10,171 nucleotides of DNA from a virus (Duplodnaviria > Heunggongvirae > Uroviricota > Caudoviricetes). The stretch lies in the IMG/VR virus record IMGVR_UViG_2541047122_000013. One strand, 5' to 3'. Every line of letters starts with the position of its first letter. The first letter of the stretch is position 1. The notes below the pieces were generated by a model. It saw only the letters and a list, made by a program, of their open reading frames with translations, had not been told where the DNA came from and searched no databases. This document shows positions 1 through 6,022 of this stretch, piece by piece. Position numbers and translations under genes: made by a program.

Positions 1-98
1 TTGTGGGTGATCTTCAACTGGGATAGCTACCGTAGCCGTGTAACAGGTAAAGAGTATTAATCCCCGTTTCTGGCGGTATACTGCGACACAATTCCACC

Positions 99-845
99 TT
101 GAGTAATGAGGATGCGGAACTGACAGCGGCGCGTATTGCTGCGGCGCTGGGACTGTATATCCGTAAAGGTGACGGACAGGACTATGAAGATCCGGGGAGC
201 AAAGAGACCGAGCGGGAAGTCCATATCACCCCGGGTATTATTTATGACGATTTGCGCAAGGGCGAGGATATCGGCATGGTCAAATCTGACCGTCCCAATC
301 CCAACCTTGAAACTTTCCGCAACGGCCAGTTGCGTGCAGTGGCAGCAGGCAGTCGTCTGAGTTTTTCCAGTGCGGCGCGTAACTATAACGGCACCTACAG
401 CGCCCAGCGGCAGGAGTTGGTCGAGTCCACGGATGGTTACCTGATCCTGCAGGACTGTTTTATTGGCGCGGTAACCCGCCCGGTGTACCGGACATGGCTG
501 AATATGGTGGTTGCGGCAGGTCTGCTGAAAATTCCGGCGGATGTGGAGATGAAAACGCTATATAACGCGACGTATTCCGGTCCGGTGATGCCGTGGATCG
601 ACCCGGTTAAGGAAGCTGAAGCCTGGAGAATTCAGATCCGGGGTGGTGCAGCGACAGAATCTGACTGGGTGCGTGCTGGTGGGCGCAATCCGGATGAGGT
701 CAAACGTCGCCGCAAGGCTGAAATTGATGAAAACAGCAGACTGGGGCTGGTCTTTGATACTGACCCCGTCAACGACAAAGGAGGCAACAGTGCCGGAACT
801 GAACGACAGTATCAGCGCGACACCGAAAGCCAGCATGAAGAATAA
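99..845 (+). CDS. Portal protein, lambda gpB family, C-terminal ~250 residues only (reading frame closed upstream; truncated or frameshifted)
   Basis: Translation (…RPNPNLETFRNGQLRAVAAGSRLSFSSAARNYNGTYSAQ…) resembles the C-terminal third of lambda portal gpB as I recall it (…LLRYIAAGLGVSYEQLSRNY…YS…). It sits directly upstream of the head protease gene, as portals do. The same frame has stop codons at 24-26 (TAG), 33-35 (TAG) and 48-50 (TAA), and the first start-like codon is TTG at 99 with no Shine-Dalgarno, so the ~280 N-terminal residues expected for a portal are not contiguous. The start coordinate is therefore nominal. Confidence 0.7.
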   Translation: MSNEDAELTAARIAAALGLYIRKGDGQDYEDPGSKETEREVHITPGIIYDDLRKGEDIGMVKSDRPNPNLETFRNGQLRAVAAGSRLSFSSAARNYNGTYSAQRQELVESTDGYLILQDCFIGAVTRPVYRTWLNMVVAAGLLKIPADVEMKTLYNATYSGPVMPWIDPVKEAEAWRIQIRGGAATESDWVRAGGRNPDEVKRRRKAEIDENSRLGLVFDTDPVNDKGGNSAGTERQYQRDTESQHEE

Positions 846-2817
846 ATCCTGGTTCAGGATGCAGGCTGGGGGGCCGGGTGACGCGGATATTTATATTTAT
901 GACGAGATTGGTTTCTGGGGAGTTACCGCGAAGCAGTTTGTCAGCGAACTGAATGCACTGGGTGATATCACCCACATTAATCTCCATATCAATTCACCGG
1001 GTGGCGATGTCTTTGAAGGCATCGCCATTTTTAATGCCCTGAAAAATCAGGGGGCGACCATTACCGTGTATGTGGATGGCGTTGCCGCCTCGATGGCATC
1101 TGTGATTGCGATGGCCGGTGATACGGTCATTATGCCGGAAAATGCCTTCATGATGATCCATAAGCCATGGGGATTCAGTGGCGGGGATGCTGAGGATATG
1201 CGCAGTTATGCCGATTTGCTGGATAAAGTCGAATCGGTACTGTTGCCAGCCTATGCGCAGAAAACCGGAAAAACCACCGATGAAATTGCCGCCATGCTGG
1301 CGGATGAAACCTGGATGTCCGGTGCCGAATGTCTGGCACACGGATTTGCTGACCAGGTGACACCCGCTGTTGAGGCAATGGCATGTATTCAGTCAAAACG
1401 TACAGAGGAATTTAAAAAGATGCCGGAATCCATTCGAAACATGATTACTCCGCCACGCAACAGTGCTCCACGCGTACAGGATGATGGACCTGCAGCCTCC
1501 CGGACGCCAGTGCAGGCAGCAGCACCTGTGGTGGATGAAAACAGTATCCGTGCGCAGGTACTGGCAGAGCAAAAAGCGCGTGTAAACGGTATTAATGATC
1601 TGTTTGCCATGTTTGGCGGGCGTTATCAGACGCTGCAGGCTCAGTGTCTTGCCGATCCTGAATGTTCGCTGGAGCAGGCCCGCGAAAAGCTGTTGAACGA
1701 GATGGGGCGCGAGTCCACGCCATCTAATAAAAATACCCCGGCTCATATTTATGCCGGAAACGGTAATTTTGTGGGGGATGGGATCCGCCAGGCGCTGATG
1801 GCGCGTGCCGGATTTGAAAAAACCGAACGTGATAATGTCTACAACGGGATGACCCTGCGTGAATATGCCCGTATGTCACTGACTGAACGGGGTATTGGGG
1901 TTTCCAGTTATAACCCGATGCAGATGGTCGGTGCGGCGTTCACACACAGTACGTCTGACTTCGGTAATATTCTGCTGGATGTTGCGAACAAAGCCATTCT
2001 GCAGGGCTGGGAAGATGCCCCTGAAACCTATGAACAGTGGACGCGGAAAGGTCAGTTGTCTGATTTTAAAATTGCCCATCGTGTGGGTATGGGGGGCTTC
2101 AGTGCTCTGCGTCAGGTGCGTGAAGGGGCGGAATATAAATACGTCACCACCGGAGATAAACAGGCCACTATTGCACTGGCGACCTATGGCGAGCTGTTCA
2201 GTATCACCCGTCAGGCCATTATCAATGATGATCTGAATATGCTGACCGATGTCCCGATGAAACTGGGCCGTGCGGCGAAATCCACTATTGCCGATCTGGT
2301 TTATGCCATTCTGACGTCTAACCCGAAAATCTCCACAGATAATGTAAGTCTGTTCGATAAAGCGAAACATGCAAACGTACTGGAGAGCGCTGCAATGGAC
2401 GTGGCATCGCTGGATAAAGCCCGCCAGTTGATGCGCGTTCAGAAAGAGGGGGAGCGTCATCTGAATATTCGTCCTGCGTTCGTACTGGTACCGACGGCGA
2501 TGGAGTCTGTTGCTAACCAGGTCATTCGCTCCTCAAGTGTCAAGGGGGCTGACATTAACGCCGGTATTATTAACCCGGTGAAAGATTTTGCGACCGTTAT
2601 TGCAGAGCCTCGTCTTGATGATAACAGCCAGACCACCTTCTACCTGGCTGCGTCAAAAGGCTCCGATACGATTGAAGTGGCTTATCTCAACGGTGTGGAT
2701 ACGCCATATATTGATCAGATGGAGGGCTTCAGTGTGGATGGCGTGACAACGAAAGTGCGTATTGACGCCGGTGTCGCGCCAGTTGATCACCGCGGTCTGG
2801 TGAAATGTACGGCGTAA
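790..2817 (+). CDS. Prohead protease (ClpP/S14-like) fused to major capsid protein (protease-scaffold-capsid single ORF)
   Basis: One uninterrupted frame. The N-terminal part has ClpP-type motifs: IYIYDEIG, INSPGGDVFEGIAIFNAL, an active-site-like GVAASMASVIAMAGD and MMIHKPWG. A Pro/Ala/Gln-rich linker follows, then ~400 residues with major-capsid character (…GVSSYNPMQMVGAAF…TFYLAASKGSDTIEVAYLNG…). Start chosen at GTG 790 because of the strong SD AAAGGAGG at 777-784 with 5-nt spacing. An in-frame ATG at 835 (MKNKSWF…) is an alternative start. The frame is also open back to 643 inside the portal gene. Stop is TAA 2815-2817. Confidence 0.8.
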   Translation: MPELNDSISATPKASMKNKSWFRMQAGGPGDADIYIYDEIGFWGVTAKQFVSELNALGDITHINLHINSPGGDVFEGIAIFNALKNQGATITVYVDGVAASMASVIAMAGDTVIMPENAFMMIHKPWGFSGGDAEDMRSYADLLDKVESVLLPAYAQKTGKTTDEIAAMLADETWMSGAECLAHGFADQVTPAVEAMACIQSKRTEEFKKMPESIRNMITPPRNSAPRVQDDGPAASRTPVQAAAPVVDENSIRAQVLAEQKARVNGINDLFAMFGGRYQTLQAQCLADPECSLEQAREKLLNEMGRESTPSNKNTPAHIYAGNGNFVGDGIRQALMARAGFEKTERDNVYNGMTLREYARMSLTERGIGVSSYNPMQMVGAAFTHSTSDFGNILLDVANKAILQGWEDAPETYEQWTRKGQLSDFKIAHRVGMGGFSALRQVREGAEYKYVTTGDKQATIALATYGELFSITRQAIINDDLNMLTDVPMKLGRAAKSTIADLVYAILTSNPKISTDNVSLFDKAKHANVLESAAMDVASLDKARQLMRVQKEGERHLNIRPAFVLVPTAMESVANQVIRSSSVKGADINAGIINPVKDFATVIAEPRLDDNSQTTFYLAASKGSDTIEVAYLNGVDTPYIDQMEGFSVDGVTTKVRIDAGVAPVDHRGLVKCTA

Positions 2818-2840
2818 ACGTCGCAGACAACAACTCTGAT

Positions 2841-2860
2841 GGCCCGTAAGGGCTTTTTTT
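2841..2860 (+). terminator. Putative intrinsic terminator after the capsid gene
   Basis: Short GC stem GCCC (2842-2845) / GGGC (2850-2853) with loop GTAA, followed immediately by a run of 7 T (2854-2860), 24 nt after the capsid stop. The stem is only 4-5 bp, so it is probably weak or partial. Confidence 0.4.
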
Positions 2861-2871
2861 GTACCTGAAAT

Positions 2872-2890
2872 CAGCCCCTGAACGGGGCTG
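2872..2890 (+). other. Stem-loop immediately upstream of the SD of the next gene (possible mRNA processing or stability element)
   Basis: CAGCCCC (2872-2878) pairs with GGGGCTG (2884-2890), loop TGAAC. There is no T-run after it. It abuts the SD GGAGACAG (2893-2900). Confidence 0.3.
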
Positions 2891-2903
2891 TGCGGAGACA
2901 GTT

Positions 2904-3227
2904 ATGGCAAAGAATTTTGTAGAAGAAGGAAAAACGGTGGCGATTGTTGCCAGTGCAGCCATCAGCAGCGGAGATCTGGTGCAGGTGGGCGATGTTTTTG
3001 CGGTGGCGCTGACCGATATTCCACAGGGTGAAACAGGCGACGGCATGACCGAAGGTGTGTTTATGCTGCCTAAGCTGAAAACGGATGACATGAAAACGGG
3101 TAAGAAGGTTTATCTGAAGTCAGGAAAAGTTCAGCTGACTAACAGCGGCTCTGATCCGCTGGTCGGGGTTGTCTGGGCAGATGCCGGAACCAGTGCAGAA
3201 GAAGTGCCGGTAAAACTCAATGTCTGA
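2904..3227 (+). CDS. DUF2190-family small phage head protein (putative capsid decoration/cement-like protein)
   Basis: 107 aa, MAKNFVEEGKTVAIVASAAISSGDLVQVGDVFAVALTDIPQGETGDGMTEGVFMLPKLK…VGVVWADAGTSAEEVPVKLNV. The Gly-rich beta-type pattern and position just after the major capsid gene are typical of DUF2190 proteins. SD GGAGACAG lies 3 nt upstream of ATG 2904. The TTG at 2859 in the ORF track sits inside the terminator T-run and is unlikely to be the start. Confidence 0.65.
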   Translation: MAKNFVEEGKTVAIVASAAISSGDLVQVGDVFAVALTDIPQGETGDGMTEGVFMLPKLKTDDMKTGKKVYLKSGKVQLTNSGSDPLVGVVWADAGTSAEEVPVKLNV

Positions 3228-3495
3228 TCCCTTTTCCCGGCTGGCAGCGCGTATGGATGCTATCACGGTCAGAAAGATGGGAAAGACAGCCTCGATTAAT
3301 GATGTCGATATGACTGTGATCCCGGGAGAAACACTGGCAGAGCTGAATGCTCTGTCCGGACCTGCGGTCTCTCTGGTGGTGTTTTCTTCGGGATACCGCC
3401 CACGGCGCGGGGATCGCGTTGTTTATGACGGACAACAATGGACGGTCACACGGCATGAACGCTTTAACGGTAAGCCAATGATCTTTATTGAGTAA
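3220..3495 (+). CDS. Head-tail joining protein, gpFII-like
   Basis: 91 aa. The N-terminal region (FSRLAARMDAITVRKMGKTASI) and an RRGD motif resemble lambda gpFII as I recall it. Position immediately before the Z homolog matches the lambda order FII-Z. The start overlaps the upstream stop (ATGTCTGA). Confidence 0.6.
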   Translation: MSDPFSRLAARMDAITVRKMGKTASINDVDMTVIPGETLAELNALSGPAVSLVVFSSGYRPRRGDRVVYDGQQWTVTRHERFNGKPMIFIE

Positions 3496-3506
3496 AGAGG
3501 TGTGGG

Positions 3507-4085
3507 ATGAAGGGGCTTGAGAATGCCATCCGCAATCTGAACAGCCTTGATACCCGTATGGTGCCACAGGCCAGCGCATGGGCGATAAACCGTGTGGCAC
3601 AGAAAGCGGGCTCGGTTGCCACCCGGCAGGTTGCCGGGAATACCGTTGCGGGAGATAACCAGGTGAAAGGGATCCCCCTGAAACTGGTTCGTCAGCGTGT
3701 CCGGGTGTTTAAAGCCAGTCCGTCAGGAAAAATGACGGCCAGGATCCGCGTTAACCGGGGCAATCTGCCCGCCATTAAGCTGGGGACAGCCCGGGTCAGA
3801 CTGGCCCAGCGTGGTGGAAAACTGCAGTACCGTGGCAGTGTGCTGAAGGTGGGTAAATATCTTTTCCGGGATGCGTTTATTCAGCAACTGGCGAATGGTC
3901 GCTGGCATGTGATGCGGCGTATTGATGGCAAAAATCGTTACCCCATTGATGTGGTGAAAATCCCGCTGTCCGGACCGCTGACACAGGCATTTGAAGATGC
4001 CCGCGACCGCATCATTGCTGCGGAAATGCCGAAACAGCTGGGGTATGCACTGAAACAACAACTGAGGTTATGGCTGACCCGATGA
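3507..4085 (+). CDS. Z: Minor tail protein Z (tail completion)
   Basis: 192 aa, the same length as lambda gpZ. Conserved blocks: KGLENAIRNL…AINRVAQKA…NGRWHVMRRIDGKNRYPIDVVKIPL…LGYALKQQLR. SD AAGAGGTG lies upstream of ATG 3507. Confidence 0.85.
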   Translation: MKGLENAIRNLNSLDTRMVPQASAWAINRVAQKAGSVATRQVAGNTVAGDNQVKGIPLKLVRQRVRVFKASPSGKMTARIRVNRGNLPAIKLGTARVRLAQRGGKLQYRGSVLKVGKYLFRDAFIQQLANGRWHVMRRIDGKNRYPIDVVKIPLSGPLTQAFEDARDRIIAAEMPKQLGYALKQQLRLWLTR

Positions 4086-4483
4086 ACCGACATACACAAA
4101 TCCGCCAGGTCGTACTGGCACGCCTTCGGGAACAGTGTGGAGACAGCGCCACGTTTTTTGACGGGCTTCCGGCATTTGTTGATGCGCAGGAACTGCCTGC
4201 CGTGGCGGTGTGGCTGAGTGATGCTCAGTACACCGGAAAAATGACGGATGAAGATGACTGGCAGGCTGTTCTGCATATTGCTGTCTTCATCCGGGCACAG
4301 GCACCGGATTCAGAGCTGGATATGTGGATGGAGAGCACCATTTTCCCGGCCCTGAATGATGTATCGGCACTTTCCGGACTCATCGACACCCTGATCCCAC
4401 TCGGTTTTAACTATCAACGTGATAATGAGATGGCCACCTGGGCGATGGCGGAAATCACGTACCAGATCACGTACACGAATTAA
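4082..4483 (+). CDS. U: Tail terminator protein U
   Basis: Translation …ATFFDGLPAFVDAQELPAVAVWLSDAQYTG…PDSELDMWMEST…ITYQITY matches lambda gpU blocks (ATFFDGRPA, PAVAVYL, PDSELDAWMES). Start taken at ATG 4082, which overlaps the Z stop as ATGA. An in-frame ATG at 4070 is an alternative start that would add four residues. Confidence 0.8.
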   Translation: MNRHTQIRQVVLARLREQCGDSATFFDGLPAFVDAQELPAVAVWLSDAQYTGKMTDEDDWQAVLHIAVFIRAQAPDSELDMWMESTIFPALNDVSALSGLIDTLIPLGFNYQRDNEMATWAMAEITYQITYTN

Positions 4484-4493
4484 GGAGGTGGTA

Positions 4494-5237
4494 ATGACCA
4501 CGCCAAATCCACTGGCAAAGACGAAAGGTGCGGGGACGACGTTCTGGATGTATACCGGCAACGGCGATGCGTTTGCGAACCCTTTGTCGGACACTGACTG
4601 GCTGCGTCTTGCGATGGTGAAGGATCTGCAACCTGGCGAAATGACCGCTGATGCAGAAGATGACACTTATCTCGATGATGAAGATGCAGACTGGAAAACG
4701 ACAACCCAGGGGCAGAAATCCGTTGGTGATACTTCGGCGACGCTGGCCTGGCGTCCGGGTGACAGCGGGCAGAAAAAACTGGTTCAGTTGTTCGACTCCG
4801 GTGAAGTCTGCGCGTTTCGTATCAAATATCCCAACGGCACTGTTGATGTTTTCCGCGGCTGGCTGAGCTCACTGGGTAAAACCATTGCCTCAAAAGACGT
4901 GATGACCCGCACAGTGAAAATCAGCGGTGTGGGGCGTCCATATCTGGCAGAGGAGGGCACTGAAACTGTGGGCGTTACCGGGCTGACGGTGGCACCGGCA
5001 TCCGCCAGTGTCAATGTGGGAGCAACCACCACGCTGACCTTTACAGTAAAACCTGACGGAGCCAGTGACAAAGCGATCAGTGTGCATTCGACAGATCCAC
5101 AGACAGCCACTGTGACCCTGAACGGACTTGTGGCCACGGTGAAAGGCGTGAAGCAGGGCAGCGTCAGCATTGTGGGCATGACCGCTGACGGGAATTTTGT
5201 GGCTGTGGCTGCGGTGACTGTCAGCGCTGCAGGTTAA
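4494..5237 (+). CDS. V: Major tail tube protein V with C-terminal Ig-like (Big_2-type) domain
   Basis: 247 aa. It is collinear with lambda gpV: NPLAKTKGAGTTFWMYTGNGDAFANPLSDTDW…YLDDEDADW…YPNGTVDVFRGWLSSLGK…RTVKISGVGRP. The C-terminal ~90 residues are Thr/Val/Ser-rich beta-type (TVAPASASVNVGATTTLTF…). Strong SD AGGAGGTG precedes ATG 4494. The ORF-track start at 4419 is an upstream extension that overlaps U. Confidence 0.9.
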   Translation: MTTPNPLAKTKGAGTTFWMYTGNGDAFANPLSDTDWLRLAMVKDLQPGEMTADAEDDTYLDDEDADWKTTTQGQKSVGDTSATLAWRPGDSGQKKLVQLFDSGEVCAFRIKYPNGTVDVFRGWLSSLGKTIASKDVMTRTVKISGVGRPYLAEEGTETVGVTGLTVAPASASVNVGATTTLTFTVKPDGASDKAISVHSTDPQTATVTLNGLVATVKGVKQGSVSIVGMTADGNFVAVAAVTVSAAG

Positions 5238-5257
5238 CAGGACGATACTCATCATTT

Positions 5258-5281
5258 GCCCCGGTTATCCGGGGCTTTTTT
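5258..5281 (+). terminator. Intrinsic-terminator-like hairpin between V and G
   Basis: Perfect 7-bp GC stem GCCCCGG (5258-5264) / CCGGGGC (5269-5275) with tetraloop TTAT, followed directly by T6 (5276-5281). It lies 21 nt after the V stop. Confidence 0.55.
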
Positions 5282-5294
5282 GCAGGTGGAGAAC

Positions 5295-5684
5295 ATGATG
5301 TTTCTGAAACAGGGCACGTTTAATTATGAAAAGCAGTCCGTGGTGCTCAGTGAGCTGTCCGGGCTGCAGAGAATTGAATATCTGGCGTTTGTTCAGCAGC
5401 GAACGGCAAAGTTTGATGCCGAAGAGGGAGAACTGCCGGAGGCTGAACGACAGATTGCTTTTCTGCGGATGGGGATGGATATCAATGCCTGGCTGGTTTC
5501 CCGCTCACTGTGGAATGCGGAACAGTCTCAGGATGTTGAGACGCTTTGCGCATCCGTTATTACAACATGGTCGTATGATGCCCTGGGAGCGGGGGCGGAG
5601 ATGGTTCTGTCGCTGAGCGGTATGGGAGCCATTGAGAATGCCGGGGATTTGGAGCATGAGGTGCTGACGCCGGAAAAGTCCTGA
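5295..5684 (+). CDS. G: Tail assembly chaperone G
   Basis: 129 aa (MMFLKQGTFNYEKQSVVLSELSGLQRIEYLAF…). It resembles lambda gpG (MFLK…LSELSALQRIEHLA…LSGM). SD GGTGGAG precedes ATG 5295. ATG 5298 is an equally plausible start. The TTG 5256 of the ORF track lies inside the terminator hairpin. Confidence 0.8.
   Translation: MMFLKQGTFNYEKQSVVLSELSGLQRIEYLAFVQQRTAKFDAEEGELPEAERQIAFLRMGMDINAWLVSRSLWNAEQSQDVETLCASVITTWSYDALGAGAEMVLSLSGMGAIENAGDLEHEVLTPEKS
5672..5678 (+). other. Candidate -1 ribosomal slip site for G-T fusion (GGAAAAG)
   Basis: The T frame is the -1 frame relative to G and is open only from 5660 (TGA at 5657-5659). G stops at 5682-5684. A G-to-T shift must therefore occur within 5660-5684, and the only slippery-looking sequence there is G GAA AAG. 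Confidence 0.45.
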
Positions 5685-5692
5685 CGCGGGAA

Positions 5693-6022
5693 ATGCAGTT
5701 TGTCATGCGGCTTGCCCGGGAGTTCCGGCGGGCAGACTGGCGGCGGATGCTGTCGGAAATGTCGGCCACTGAGCTTGGTGAGTGGGGCGATTATTTCCGG
5801 ATGCAGAGCTTCAGTGATGTGTGGATGGATGCGCAGTTTGCCTCGCTGAAGGCATTGATCGTGAGAATGGTGTCCGGTAGCAGTGATGCTGCGGTGGCTG
5901 ATTTCAGCCTTTTACCGGAAGAGAACGGGATACCGGAGCGAACGGACGAAGAACTGATGCATCTTGGGGAAGGTATTTCCGGAGGTGTGCGTTATGGACC
6001 AGATAGCCAACCTGGTCATTGA
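5693..6022 (+). CDS. T: Tail assembly protein T segment, expected to be expressed as a G-T fusion by programmed -1 frameshift
   Basis: This ORF is in the -1 frame relative to G, lies immediately downstream, and has no SD of its own. The arrangement matches the conserved G/GT pair upstream of the tape measure gene. Coordinates are those of the ATG-defined ORF; the T reading frame itself opens at 5660. Confidence 0.7.
   Translation: MQFVMRLAREFRRADWRRMLSEMSATELGEWGDYFRMQSFSDVWMDAQFASLKALIVRMVSGSSDAAVADFSLLPEENGIPERTDEELMHLGEGISGGVRYGPDSQPGH

Noticed and set aside
1-98. Possible insertion-sequence end or att site at the window start
   Set aside because: I could not recognise inverted-repeat termini of common enterobacterial IS elements or any tRNA-like sequence in the first 100 nt. 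The closed frames are better described simply as a disrupted portal region.
1876-2460. 194-aa minus-strand ORF (and other minus-strand ORFs at 558-836, 994-1341, 1393-1746 and 2729-3091)
   Set aside because: All lie entirely inside the plus-strand portal and protease-capsid genes, which have clear protein-family signatures. They have no SD or start context, and their translations are Arg/Cys/His-rich antisense-type sequences.
2859-2903. TTG-initiated 5' extensions proposed by the ORF track (2859 for the DUF2190 gene, 5256 for G, 4419 for V)
   Set aside because: The extensions run through terminator hairpins or the upstream gene's 3' end, and each gene has a canonical ATG with a well-spaced SD further downstream.
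5326-5616. 96-aa plus-strand ORF in an alternative frame inside G (similar alternative-frame ORFs at 1178-1360, 6082-6291, 7444-7674 and 8383-8637)
   Set aside because: They overlap confidently assigned genes in a different frame, lack SD sequences, and have implausible composition. Only the G/T frame pair has the positional logic of a real overlapping gene.
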